The notes under the pieces are model-generated. The model did no database searches, was not told the origin of the DNA, and saw nothing but the letters and a program-made list of their open reading frames with translations. A stretch of DNA of 63,440 nucleotides, filler included, from Octopus bimaculoides (taxonomy: Eukaryota): NCBI RefSeq assembly GCF_001194135.2. It is 4 parts of 4 records of this genome, joined end to end, with 100 filler letters (N's around TTAATTAATTAA, not from the genome) between each part and the next. Parts side by side here need not be neighbours in the genome. Positions count along the whole stretch, not along the records: positions 1 to 26,493 come from NC_068993.1; 3 more parts are not named here. One strand, given 5' to 3'. Below are positions 1-14,270 of this stretch, one piece after another. Each line of letters opens with the position of its first letter. Position 1 is the first letter of the stretch. The position numbers and the translations under genes are program-made.

Positions 1-41
<41 letters not shown>
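1..41. repeat. (TA)n microsatellite
   Basis: Pure TA run at the window start. Confidence 0.95.
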
Positions 42-46
<5 letters not shown>

Positions 47-212
47 TGTGCGTGTGTATTGGTGTTATACGTACAAATACCACAGCGTTATATCATTTGT
101 TAGTCGAGAGATTACTATTTATGAGATGTGATATATCGAAACATATTTTTATTACCTAAAGAGGTCATAGTTAATATGCTGTTCGGTAAATATATAAACG
201 AATCTTTCAATA

Positions 213-217
<5 letters not shown>

Positions 218-244
<27 letters not shown>

Positions 245-430
245 CCTTTCTTTCGAAGTCACAAAGCTTGAAATTTTGTGGGGAGAGGATTAATCGATTA
301 GATCGACCCCAGTGTTTCATTGGTTCTTAATTTATCGACCCCGAAAGAATGAAAGGCAAGGTCGAACTCGGTGGAATTTGAACTCAGAACGTAGTGACGG
401 ACGAAATACCGCTAAATATCTTGCACGTCA
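218..430 (-). mobile_element. tRNA-derived SINE, family A (reverse copy) with (AAT)n tail
   Basis: Reverse complement contains the B-box-like TTCTGAGTTCAAATTCC and the central CCTTTCATTCTTTCGGGGTCGATAAATTAAG shared by many copies in the window; tail at 218-243. Confidence 0.85.
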
Positions 431-633
431 GGCAAAATATTTACCGACATTTCGTCCGTCTTTATGTTTTGAGGTCGACTTTAAGTTTCATGTTTTCGGA
501 GTTAATGTAATAAGTACCAGTTGAAAATGGGATCGATGTAATCGACTTACCCGCTTCTCCGAAATTGCTGGCTTTGTGCCTATAGTGGAAAGGGCTATTA
601 ACAACAACAACAACAACAACAGCAACAACAACA
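431..633 (+). mobile_element. SINE family A, degraded forward copy with (AAC)n tail
   Basis: ATTTCGTCCGTCTTTA...GAGGTCGACTTT...AAGTACCAGTTG...GCTTTGTGCCTATAGTGGAAAGG, followed by an AAC run. Confidence 0.75.
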
Positions 634-641
634 AAAATGAC

Positions 642-766
642 AATAATAATAAAGGTTTCAAATTTTGCCACAAGGGCAGCAATGTTTGATGGGGAGGGGA
701 TGAATCGATTACATCGATCCCAATGTTCTACTGGTATTTATTTTATCGACCCCGAAAGGATGAAAT
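642..766 (-). mobile_element. SINE family A, 3' half
   Basis: GGTTTCAAATTTTGCCACAAGGGCAGC...ATCGACCCCGAAAGGATGAAA, same as the copies at 23053 and 44487. Confidence 0.8.
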
Positions 767-3700
767 TAATAATTTGTAAGGTATTTCAAACAGATCAGAA
801 ATACAGGGAAATTTCCCTAACAGGCTTAGATTTCCCCTCTTGTATATATTAAAAGAAGGTGGGGCCTAGTGTTTGTAACAGAGCTTGAATTCTTTCTATG
901 AAGGTCATAAGCAGAAAGATGAAGAGGGTGTAGAATCGTGGCAGCCCACCATATTTCAAGGCCAAACGAAGAATAAACCATGCGAGAACAAACTATGTGT
1001 AATCGGAAGGTGTGTTTCCCCCACCCCCGTTTCTATTTTTGTTTTTTTGCCTGTTTCAAACGTGCGGATATGGTATCCAGCAGACGTGAATTGTTTAATA
1101 TAAAAGGTGGCAATCTGACATAATGGAAACCAGTTCTGAATATCGATCTGAGATTATTCGCCTGTTACAACTACTGAACATATTGAATATAAAATGACAG
1201 AAAATAAAGTAAACATATTGCAAAAATTGTTTTTGTGTAGATATTTGGATATCCATATTTGCCTATACGGATGAAATCACACTAAAATTATTTTAAATTA
1301 CTAACTTAAAAATACAATATTTATTGAGCTTGAATGAAAAATTTTCATGCCATGCTTCCCAAATAACTGGGTTACGAATTTTTACCCACGTTTGCCAGTC
1401 AAAATCAAGTCTATCTATTTTTCACGTGTAAAAATAAAACATAGATACTAGATGGTTTATTATAAGCGATAATATGATAGATTGTTCCATAATTATTTAA
1501 TAATGTTGGTAAATTATTGATTTATTTCATGAGAACAAGATGGCAGGTTTATAGAATAGGAGGGAAGCGAGAATCAAGCTTGTTGATGATTTATCAAGAA
1601 AAGTCAATTGCAATTAAATTATTTTCCTTGTCTTTGAAATGTAATTGATTTACGACCACCATTAGCACAAATTTACATAATAAAAACAGAGGAATTTGAT
1701 ACTGGAACTATTAGACGTAGCAAATATAGGTGAGGCGACAAAAGCACAGGAATATGGATGACTGAACAGTATCCTGCTCTGAGATAGATGCGTACGATCA
1801 GATAGTGGAATCAAATTTTTATTTTATAATGAAACATTAGTGAATAAACCAACTTTATAGATTTATGTTTAAATACTTTTATTCTAAGACAGAAAAAGAA
1901 GAGTCATAAATGTAATAAATGTGCTCTATTACATGACATTAATGCGTCACCCGTGCAACTGAACTTCACAAAGAGCTGCTCATCAACTCTTCTTTTCCTC
2001 TGCTTAGAGTCATGCTTCCTATGTCGCACTACCTCCCAGGATTAATACAATGCAGTACTGCATCTCGTAGGGACTCGTTTCATATCAAGCCTTTTGCACA
2101 AACAATAATTTACAGTACAGCGAATAGATTATTATCTCATTAACATTACCCGGTACACTATATCAGGCATCAAGAATGCATGTCGAGGAATAAAGTCAAA
2201 TCTATCAACCACAATACCTCAATGCTCGAATGATTTCAGTGGTGAGAGAGTCTTTCGATATTGTTAGAAATCTAATACGTTCAATGTAAACATCTTCATA
2301 GATATGTGCAAAATTTGGTGATTTCGAAATTCACTTTTCTTTATTGATCATTAAAATACTTTAGAGATTTATTTTTATAAAAATCTTTATTCTAAGAAAA
2401 GCGGAAAAGAAATAACTTATGCTTTAAGTGAAATATTTGCTAAACCACCGAATGGAGCAGGCAGCATGTTATGACTGCAGGGCGTGACAGTATTTCCTTA
2501 TCCTATATTGCCTTTCCATTAGAAAAAGATATTTATGGCATTGCCTCGGGAAAAATCAACTGACCGCAAATGTTAAATAAAGCGGTTTCTTAAACTGCTG
2601 AAATTATATTTAGAAACTGTTCAAGTATCCAGTGCCAGTGGTTTGTTTGTTCTCAGATTAGTAACAGCGGGTGAATTTTTTTTTTATTTCAGACGTTATT
2701 GTATTTTTGTTTGCAAAGGAATTCATTGAATTTCATTGAACAGTCAGATGTCCGGTCAAGAATTTGGTGGGTCTGTTGTCAGCAAATATATTTCATAGCA
2801 TCACTTTGTTGTGCTGTCTTATGTACACAAGGTAATAAAGTCAGCTAGAGTTTGCTCGAGTGATTCCTAACCTCCTTAAACAAAACCGACAAAGAGAAAT
2901 ATATCACGCCTAGTCCATATAAGTGAAGGCGCTAAATGCTTCTATATTCAAGAGTAAATATACACATATCTCAACTTATCGACCTTAAGCAACTGGATAA
3001 GGAACAAATACAAATATTTGCCAGCCAAGAGAAGACCTAACTGGAGAATTAATATCATGCTTGGCCTCTCTTCAATTCATACTCTTTCTTTACCCATCTT
3101 TTCTCTCATCTCTCATTTTAGATACGTTACTAGGTGTTTGCACAACTAAATATCCATGCTGTACTTTAAGATTTAAGAAGTAATTTATCGAATAAAACTT
3201 ATACATATCGATTTTTAAGACAACAATGAGGTCATACGTTGTTAAGGAAATGTAGAAGTTAAATAGCGTTCATGGATTTGTCGAAGGTACATGTGATGTC
3301 AATGAAGTGAATTTTTACATCACACAGATTCATAAAACATTCATTTCTCTAAGTACAAGACCCACTTTTAGAAGGAGACAGTGTAGTGGATTGAATTGAA
3401 GCAGTTTATAAGTGATACTTAATCGAGCGTTCTAATTTCAACGTTCGATTTATTACAAAGAGGGACAAAAAGAAATATTGTTGCCTGCGTATTTTGGCAT
3501 TTTGTTCTTTTTATAAGCATTTTCCCAACGAGCTGGTAAGTACTAGTAGCAGGTTACTCGACAGTGTAATAGTAGTCGCTATGGCACGCAAGATACGGTA
3601 GTCAGAGATATACTGCACTTTAATATTAACTGGGTTGAGGAAGACCTTTCATCATAGTTATGCATAATCAAAGCTGACCTAGACTAAACAACAAAAACAA

Positions 3701-6700
3701 GAACTATACTGATTAATTATTAAAGCCTCTAAATGGTTCTTGATCATAGTCATCAATCATATATATAGATTAGTTATGAAAGTCGTAGTGGCAACATCTT
3801 TTGTAAGTCTTGATTGAAGAGAATGTAATTCATTTGTTACTTGGAAAAGACATGGATATCAAACTTTTGTTAGATATTCGCCTCAAAAAAGAAGGTATTT
3901 TTGTCTAGCAAAAAAAAAGAAAGAAATTGCGGAACCTCTATCAAACTTTATGTAATTAAATCATTTTTTGTTTCACATTTCCTATAATTTTAAACAAAAT
4001 AATGGTATTTGCGCCCAGTAAAACTAATGGTTTCGTTACTGAAGCTTTACCAAGTGGTATGTAACTAGAGTACTGTGTTGCTCATTTTTTTTGTAAGAAA
4101 ATACATCTGAAGAAAAAGCATACATATATATATATATATGGTGGTTGTCTACTCGTTATGCAGAGTTTGAGCACCTCCTGTACCTACACCTTAGAACCAT
4201 CATGGCATCTGATGTGGCTTTTTAAACCAGAAGATGTTCTGACAAGACACCCACATGGATTGCATATCAGATTTGGACCACCAAGAGCTGCAGATAAGTT
4301 CTGATCTTTGTGGATCTTAAATTGTCTTTTGAGGTCTCCGTTAGATTTGCAAGCCATCTGGCATACATTGCATTCAAAGGGGTGATACTATCAGTAGGGT
4401 AATATAGTAAACCGTATTTCCTGTTGCTTAACACCAGGTCAGCCCTTTATGTAGACTTACGATAAGAAATATCCCACCATTGTCCATACTGTATTATCCA
4501 ATGTAGTTTAAGATATTTTAAGACTGAAAGTAATGGTTTAAAGGAAATGTCATTGATATTTCTAGCAGTTCAGGCAACCATATAGAAGTCTCATTGGTGA
4601 TTGAGATGAAATGAAATGTAAATTTGATACCTGCAGATTCAGAATTAAAAATTCACCAACTCCAAATCATCAATTCTAATATTTCAGCCTCTTCACCCTT
4701 TTTCATATAATAATTTCTCTCGTTTCTGCTTGAAACGTATTCAATAAACATGAATAGCAAACTCAGCCTCAGCGGTATTTAAGCTCGTGATGTTGAAGAG
4801 AGAATATAAATAAATCAAGGTGTTTATTCCAGTACATCGCCGTTTCTACCAACACACCGTGTTCTTCCTAAGATAATACTTACATTACATTTCAGCTGAT
4901 TTAATGATATACGAAAAAGCGACAGAGATGTATATTCCTTTAACAAAAGGAGAATACCTTAGAGTGAGATGTAAGCTAATGGAATGACAAATGTAATAGA
5001 GAAAGTCGATCAGTGAGCTGCTGGGATTTACTTCATGAGTGTTACTGTTAAAAGCGATGAATTTCCCACCAACATCCTACATGGAACCCTACTGCTCATC
5101 AAAAAGACATCAGTTGTTGTACTATATGGGATATTTATAGGGTTAAGTTATTAGGAAACCAAAAACATATAGTTGCTTATGTGGCCCCGATAGAATTCGT
5201 TCAAATCATTTTCACTTCTTATGATCTTGAAAAAAGCATGGACATAATCGATTACTCCACCATTATTTATTCATGACCAGTGTCTTTGCTATGAAATCAA
5301 TATATATGTAAAATAGCTGGTTGATACATTTATTATAGAGCATGATATGTTTAACAAATTGTTACATTAGGAAGGTGATGACTGACAGTTGTAGAGCACA
5401 AAATCAGTTCGTGTGGTGGAACTATTAGGTCGCAGATATATTGGAAAACCCTAAACATGTAGAATGACAAAGTAAAGAAATTGGACTCCCCACTGGCCAA
5501 TTCAATATAATGTTGGTCTGTTTGCTGAGGGATTAACGGAGCAACGTTAATAACGGATTTAAAAAAAAAAACAGGCCAGTACACCTTCAAACGAACTTCA
5601 TGATTCACCACATTAAGCATTTGGCGATATAATGCAAGAGCATTTGATTAGTTTGCAGTGTTATGTTGAAATGCTCGCACAGGGGAGAAGAACCGTCAGA
5701 ATGGCGACATATTCAGAACTATCACGCAAGGCCTCATTATGCCGAAGCGTTGGTTAAGCTTCAGAACTTTCCGATACGAGTAAATCATTCATTGGAAGTA
5801 TAAAAATAGGAATAATAGAGAATTATATTAAAAAAAAAAATAAACAACATTCGAAAATCCTGAAAGTTAGTAGCTAAATCATTAGAGTTAACACTAAAAA
5901 AAATATGCGATTGCTTTATTTTCAGCTAAGAATTTTTAAGGAGTTTTAAAATTCATATTTGCAGAAATATTTTATTTTATAAAGGGATTAAACATTGAAT
6001 TTTCAAATATGAGCAACTTGAATTTTATTTTCAAATTTCATGTAAAATAAATGTTATTTCGTGCCAGAATATTGCTATACCAAAGATATTTTAGAACTCA
6101 TTTACACTCCACAATGATTAGTATCCAGGTGAAATCTAAATTTAAAATATCTAATTTTGCCCCCAAGACACATTACCTTCTCTACGCTACATGTTTTCGA
6201 GCAGAAATATCTTGCTATTCAAGCGAAAAATTAATGCTATTTATTTTTCGGCGAACAAAACACACACGATTGTAATCTGATAAACACAAGAGTACATTTA
6301 GTTTCGTTTGTTCATATACAAGTCATAAAAAATATACATACATTCCTTGAATGGGTAATTGAGATGGAGAAACTTTTCAAAGAAATTTGAGTAAAAAAAA
6401 ATTATCTATATTATCTACATTATGTGTGGAACATGGATTGTTATATTGTGTTTGTGTATTATTGATAAATAATACAGACTGATCATATAAATAGACTTGT
6501 TTCATGTGTTTCACATATAAACGAAACGTTTCTAACACAAAATGGGTAACAATACAGATTGAATTCTACCAGATTCTCCTCTGGGTAATATATCTTCGAT
6601 CATCATGCAAGTCGAACAACGCTAAATATTCGATTAGTATCATAAATTTCAAGAAAGTAATAGAACCGTTAATTTAGCCTGAATGGTTCCAATCTTTTCT

Positions 6701-9700
6701 CCCGGGAAATTAACGAATGAAGAAGAAAACGTATGTTAAGAAAAGATGAGAAAAAAATCTATATCAAAAGCTCTATCAGTCATTTTGAATATAATCTAAA
6801 CTCGTTTATTTTCTTACACAGACACATATACTTGCATATATTTATGCATACGTGTATTTTAAAAATTACAAGACAGTATCAAACTATTAAATCAAATATT
6901 TGTAATTACACACTCTCTTTTAGACTTTGTACTATTGATTGCTCGTTCTTTATTCGTGATTTTCGCTCCACTAAATAATTCCAAGCATCCAATACGAAAA
7001 AGCACTTGTATGGGTCCACTTTATATTTATAGAGTCGTTGAAGCTATAAGAACAAAGCAGAGAATTAATAAAATATTACTGCATGGGAATTAATTTCCTT
7101 TCATTAAATCAAGCGTCGATTCTAACAAGAGTAAAAGGAAAGAAAAAAACAACTTCACGAAGAACAAGGAAAGTTATTAATTTGCTGTAAAGTTTTAAAT
7201 GTTATAGAGTGAAAAGTCACAAGTGCGAGAAAATTTACCGATGTAATAGAGAAGCACATGGATTTACAAGTGTGCATACAAATATAAATGTATAGTAATA
7301 TATGGGCGGTCTGTTGTGTATGCGTACGCATATGTGCATTCATGTAAATAACAACTACAATCTGTAAATTTGCGTACGTCCACACAGTGTCACTTCATTA
7401 ATGTGTTTATACAGTCGTAGAAGCACTTAATATTTCCTTTTCTGTCTGGTTTCTCTCAATACATATATTCGTGCGTGTGTGTGTCCGTATTTGTGAGAGT
7501 GATCATAAATATGTGTGTGTGTACATTTATACACACACACAGTGTATCTATTTAAGTATATATGTGTGTTTGTGTTTATACATAAATACATTCGTACATA
7601 CACACATATATACACATACATATACATATACATCGTCGATTTTTTATGCACGAGTGACCAGCTAATTTGATCAACTGGACTACCTAGTCAACGATTTGGC
7701 GTGTAAATTGATAGACCATTTCACAGTCAACGTGTGCTCTTCACGTTATGGTATAGTAGAGTTATCTAAACGTAAGCAGGGCATTACTGGACCAGAATAA
7801 GTTTCGGTACCAAAAATCACTGGTAAATCTTGAATAAATCTGAGCCTTTGGTCAGTGCAATTATTCAATATAGCTTGCACTAGATTCGAACCGAGAGCCT
7901 TCTGGTTGGAAATCAAAGGTCTTAAACACTAAGTAATCCTAATTAATAATACTTATGTGGGTGATTGTGTCTTATAACACAGGATGCAGCAAAAATCTCA
8001 AATAGCCATTCCTGATAAATGTTTCAAAACCAAACGCATTGGATGTACTGGTGCAAAACATAATTGCAACTGAAGTATAAACTATGACACATTAGTTACA
8101 TGAAGATACCATTATCTCCTGAGTAACGGCAGTAGCGCCACACAAATGGCATTGTATATTACGAGAGGTTTTTCTGTCTCTCGCTATAAATGAAAATTCG
8201 ACAAAAAAAGAGCATTCACTAATAAAATGGTGCTTTCGATTATATTTATGAACACAATGTGTACACACGCGTGCGTGTGCCCGTGTGCACATGCACACAG
8301 ACACATACATGCACACACACATACACACACACATGCACACACATACACACACATGCATTCATAGAATAACTCATCCAAATGCATGTGTTTATGTATTTCA
8401 ATGACTAAATAATGTATGTGTGCGTGCGTGTGTTTGTGTGCGCGTGTGCGTGAGAAAGAGAGAGTGAGGGTGAGAGAGAACGAATGAGAGAGAGAGATAG
8501 AGAGAGAGGTAGAGAGGCGGAGAGGAGTGAACGAGCGAGAGAGTAACAATGAATGTAAAAATGTAAAAAATAAACCTAATCACCGAATATAGTTGAAGTT
8601 CATGATTGCATAAATTCATATAACATTAACAGTAAAATATTTTGCAGACTGATAGAAGCACGTTAGCAATGACATCCACAACCTTACAATCTACGAGTTA
8701 CGCAATCAAATCTAGGAGACAAAAACAAATCACTTCTAGAAATGTCACAGGCAAAAAATCCACAGATAAAATATCACAGAAAAACTACGATAAATTGCTG
8801 TTATGATTTTAGTTATTTCATTCTTTTATGGCATTGTAAAACGTGCTTTTTGTTCCCTAACGTGTGATACTGAAGAATAAATTGCGTCTTCATTGTGTAC
8901 AAGTCATGCATTATGTGTTATTAAATGATTAAAAAAAGAATATTATTAATTATTTTTCTAGGCGTAAGCATGGCAGTGTCTAAGAAGCTCGCTTTCTATA
9001 CATACTTCTTTTTCGACTTGTATCTCACTGCACTTCACCTTGGGCAGGTGCTGAAAAATGTCTTGTGAGAGATTTTGGTAAAGAGAAACTGAGTAGAAGC
9101 CCATCGTAAACATGTGTGTGTGTGTTTGTGTGTTTATGTGTGTTTGCGTTTTTGTGCCCATGTTAGCTCCATCTGTCATCAATTAATATCTGGTGTTGTT
9201 TTTTTTTGTTTTTTTTTTTTGCATCCCCGTAACTTAGGGGTTCGATTAAGAAACTGATAGAAAAAAGTAGGAGATTTACAAATAAGTTCCAACTCATCCC
9301 TTCAAGGCGGTACACTAGCATGGGTGCAGTCCAGCGGCTGAAAAAAGAAATAGATTAAAGGGACCCAAAGCAGATATCGTATTTTTGTTTGTTATTTTGT
9401 AGGTTTTTTTGTTTTTTTAGAGAGGAATAATTAGAATTTAACTTTCGTTTCACCAAGAAACTTTAACATTTCCTGAAACTTGAAGAGAAATAGAAAGTAA
9501 ATAATATATTAAGCAGATAGTAACCTGAATCATTGGAATGATAAAATATTTAACCCTCGGTGATAAATTGAAGTGTGATTGTCCTCTTGAAGCACAATAA
9601 TCAGTAGAAGTTACTCAATATCTATCATACATCTAGAATGTCTTATCATGTTACTGATACCTCTGACATATTAGTACAACAACAATAACATTTTTTTTTT

Positions 9701-10881
9701 TTTTTTTTCATTTTTAATAACACGACGCACAAAGTTTATCTTTACAGAAATTATTCATAGATTCCAAGTGAAACTCTATTACAGTATTTCTATTAAGAGA
9801 ACATACGTGTGCCATATGACCGTCTCTGTTGCCTTTTAAACTAATATATCATTATTTAATGTTATTATTTCCTTCTTAAATTGTACTTGCAATCTAATGA
9901 TCATTAAGGGTCGAAACTAAACATATTAAATTGGCTACATCTAAGGATGCATGTACGTTCGAAGTCTTGCTTAACACTGTTGTGCTTGACTTATTTGTCG
10001 TAATACAAGAAAATGTAGGATAGTATAATAAAAATATTATGTGATATTTATATATGTGAACTCTTCGTATACTTTCGTTTTTCGGTGTTTTCGCATCCAA
10101 ATTTGAAATCACCCTTCAGACTATGAGTACACAGTTACTTCCCCTTGTATTAACGGATATCCGGAGTGCACCAGGTGTGAATATTTAAAGTGATGCCTTG
10201 AAGAGATGAAATCTAAAACAGGTCATGTGACTGCCTCCTAGATTCTCCGGCCAAATATGCAGATTTAAATTGTCTTAATTAGTTTATTTCGTAATGAATG
10301 AAGAAGAACATCATGGAGTGTATGCTTCCAATGAGTCAGTTATTGTTTCGATGCTTCTGACGACGAGAGTAACAAGGGAGTGGATATAACTTGGGCCAGA
10401 TAAAGTATTACATAGGATGTCGTTCAAAAGCACCGATTTTAGATTTTCATCGTCGATATTATTTTCTATCCTCCATCGCCTTACAACGGTTAAACATGCG
10501 CATTCACACATATACACATATTTACATACACATGCATGCGTGTTTGTGTGTGTGAGAGAGAGAGGGAGCGTGTATATGCGTGTACGCACGCGTGTGTGTT
10601 TGTGTCTTTCTGTACCCCGACACTTCCTCGATAACGGTGTACACAGTTTCTGTTAGCCAAATTCTACACTCAACGTAAAGATCAACCTGAAGCGCTATAG
10701 GATCGTGTCGTGTCCCCAGAGCGTTGTGAAGTAAATTTATCAAGCGTACAACAATATTTTCGCCGACACAGGAATGTTATATTGGAACAAAAGCATAGAC
10801 GAACGAGCAAAACGCAATGACAGCTATTAAAGCATTAATTCCTTAAATACTACCTCGGGTAGAGTAAATGTGGGTAAATTA

Positions 10882-11095
10882 CAGGCCTGGCTGGCGGTAA
10901 GAAGTTAGTTCCCAAATCACATGGCTCTGAGTTCATTCCCATTGCATGGCACCTAGGGAAATGTCTCCTACAATAGCTTTGGGTTGGACGAAGCCCTGCC
11001 AGTAGATTCGGTAGACGGAAACTGAAAGAAGTCCCTCGTTTATATATATGTATATATATATATATATATATATNNNNNNNNNNNNNNNNNNNNNN

Positions 11096-11146
<51 letters not shown>

Positions 11147-11510
11147 GTGTGTGTGTGTGAGTGAGTGTGTGTGTATATGTGTGTATATATCTGTGTGTCC
11201 TTGTGTGTGTCTCTGTGTATGCATATATGTGTGTGTATGTCTGTGTGTGTGTGTCTCTGTGTGTGTCTATATGTGTCTGTGTGTCTGTGTGTGTCTTTGT
11301 GTGTTTTGTGTCTTTCTGTCACTCAACGCTTCTTCGATAATCGGTGTTGGTACTTTTAATTCTCCGTAACCTAGTGACTCGGCACAAGAGACCTATAAGA
11401 TGAGTGCCAGGCTTTAAAAATAAGTACCACAGTCGATTCGTTCGACTTAAAATCCTTCAATTTGGTGCCTCAGCATGACCGCAGTCTAATAACTGAAACA
11501 AATAAAAGGT
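10882..11510 (+). mobile_element. tRNA-derived SINE, family B, with internal (TA)n/(TG)n microsatellite
   Basis: Head GGTAAGAAG...GAGTTCATTCCC, GTAGACGGAAACTGAAAGAAG, then the microsatellite (containing an N gap), CCGTAACCTAG, and 3' CAGCATGACCGCAGTC..ACTGAAACAA; matches copies at 21062, 33173, 50359, 53010 and 60380. Confidence 0.85.
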
Positions 11511-13542
11511 GAACAGAAAATATGATTAAATGAAGGACTCTGTGTGTCGATTTTTGAACTGGTAGACATAAATGCTAACTCTTCCTCACTGCAGTACCAG
11601 TATATCCTTCTTATTTCAAAGAGATATTGGATTATAGAGTCTGAAATATGTATGAAGAGGCATGATGGTCATGATTAGAATGTCTTGTATCATTAATGAC
11701 CTTGATTAGTGATGACCTAGTATTGAAAAAGAACAACGATAATCATAAAATATATAAAAAGAACTAAACTGTTAATTTGTTTTAAAATCACAGTTTGCTA
11801 AAATTGAAACTCGTACACGCGAACATGGTCTTCATATGCGAAACTTAATGCCTAACTAGTGTGTTTGTATTTGAAATTACTGGCATACATAGATAACTTC
11901 CGGGGACAGGAAATGCAAAATTTTAACTGCCATATTGGAAATCAAAATGTAGAAATATTACAGTAGATGCACTAATGCATTCATTCTAATGGTCTTCATT
12001 TTCTGTCAGCTCATCATCTCTGTTAAAGTGCATAATGCTGAGTGGTAATCAACTCAGAGATCAATCGCTTATATTTTTCATAATTTATTTTATAATTTTG
12101 ACGGAAATATATTCTCTCCGTACAGAGAATTAGAGAAGAGCATTATTATTTTATCTTATATGAAATGACGTTCTCGACAGATTTTTTTTTTTTTTTTTTT
12201 CAGAAAACAAAGCATTGAAAGTTATCTAAGCTATAGAATATTTAGTAATGAACGAAGATAAATGTGTTGAAATTAAAAGCAGAAGTTATTACTCAGAATA
12301 ATTTCAAAGTTAAACATTTTCTGAAAAGAATTTAGGCTCTCTTGGATATTATATGAATCAATGCTACAGAATTTTATAAAAATAATCAGAAAATAAGAAA
12401 AAAGAAAAATAACTACTTAATTAATTAAAAAAAAACAACAACATGACTTATGAAAATGATAAAATAATAAATAATTTTCCTCGCTAACAATTACGTAAGT
12501 ATTCAACATATTAAATAAAAAGAAATAAATAAAAAGAAATAAAATTTGAAATCTTCAGTTAATATTAACATAAATATATTCTTTGAGAAATCTAGAATTT
12601 TCAAAGATTAAATGAAGAATCACGAGATCTTTGATTGCTTTTCATGTCCAACTGTGTTCTCATGTACTAGACATCATGACCAAATGCTACTACTTTCTGA
12701 CTGCTATAATATTTTTGTTTTCACTTTTTTAAAATTCTTTATTTAAAAAAAAAAAGCGACAGGAATTTCATCTTCTATATTTCGTGACATAAGATGAAGC
12801 GGTTTAAGTTAAATACCATTTATTGGGTAATTATGAAAAACTGATGTAAATATATCTGAACATCTGTACAGCAGTCAAAACGAATATAACAAAGTAATAG
12901 AACACTAGGCACGTTAATCGTCAGCATCATCCTATCAGCAACTGGTAAATTGGCAGAGCATGGAACAGAACGTTTTGCAGTATTAATATCAACTCTCTGT
13001 GCTCAATATGGAAAATACATCCAAGGTCAAATTTGGGGTCGATAAAAAAAATATGCGGAAAGGTGAATTGGCGAAACTGTAAGTACGTCAGTCTGGATGC
13101 CTATATGTTCAAAATCTTTGCAGTCCGTGATCAAGTCAAGCTATGCTGTATTTAGTTGGTAGTTTTATCTTGTCACTTAGTTTAATACAACTAACTGGTA
13201 CATTATGTGTCTTTAGCGGAGTCATTATGTTGCAAGTACATGGTAGAAGTTTTCTGTTAAAGCAGACCTCCAATCCTTACCAAAATATGTCAGAGATCCA
13301 GTAACAAAACATGGCCAATATGTTCCTTCCTAACTAAAGGCTAAAATAAAAAAGAAACAACACTAGTAACGACAGAAATCTTATCGACATTAGGAGCAAA
13401 ATACTCATTTACAGTGATGCCATTTCTAAGTTCAAGTCCTGCCGAGGTCAACTGTACATTCCATTCTTTCGGGTCTTATAATCGCCTCACATCCCTCTCC
13501 TAAAAACACTGCTGGCCTTGTGCTAAAATGTGATGTCCTTCT

Positions 13543-14270
13543 TATCATCATCATTACTATTTCTCTTTATCGCAGTTTTGTTGGAGTTCCTGGAGTCTTA
13601 CATACATAGCGAACTTACTACCTGCAGCCTACGTTACCATGCTATCCATTCTTTTCAGCTATTTAATACTTTCCTGATTATTCTGGCCTTGCCAAGGAGG
13701 CAAACCTTTTGTAACAGTTCTGCTGGATTTTCTATTCCAATTTCCTTTATATTCCTCTTGATGCCTTCTGGCACTATTCCTAAGGACCCAACAATAATTG
13801 GCACTATCTTCACCTTATTCATTTTCCATAGCCGGGCTATTTCGTACATAAGAGGGTTGTATTTATCTTTCTTTTCGCCTTCCTTCTTGACTATTTGTGG
13901 ATCAAAGGGGCACACAATATCAACTATAGAGCATATATGGTGCATCTTGTCCACCACCACTAGGTCCGGTCTGTTATGCTCTAGCACCTGATCAATTCGG
14001 ATTGGGAGATCCCAGAGGATTTTACTAGTCTCCGACTCCGCCACTCTCTGTGGTTTGTCCTCATACCACGTCTTGCCTCTCTCAAGACCCCACCTTTCGC
14101 AGTTTCTAATATAGCACTTTCGCTACCTGATCGTGTCGCCACAACTTGTAGTGGTTTTAGGCAAGTTTAGGGCATTCGTTCATGATATGGGCAATGGTGT
14201 CATACGCTCTACTGGGATACATTTTACCTGCACTTACCATAGCCTCTGTAATTCAATAGGTCCTGGTACT
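13543..14270 (-). mobile_element. R4/Dong-clade non-LTR retrotransposon, 3' fragment (CCHC knuckle, RLE nuclease, 3'UTR)
   Basis: Minus strand reads DTIAHIMNECPKLA*NHYKLWRHDQVAKVLY, then KILWDLPIRIDQVLEHNRPDLVVVDK..IVDIVCPFD..KEGEKKDKY..IVPIIVGSLG..LLQKVCLLGKARIIRKVL (PD-(D/E)xK RLE); internal stops and a frameshift. Confidence 0.9.

Noticed and set aside
7427-11369. His-Thr and Cys-Val rich ORFs
   Set aside because: Translations of (CA)n/(TG)n microsatellites; no start context, splice support or domain
13530-13991. 153-aa hydrophobic plus-strand ORF, and likewise 32735-33085 on the minus strand
   Set aside because: Antisense shadows of the R4/Dong RLE coding sequence
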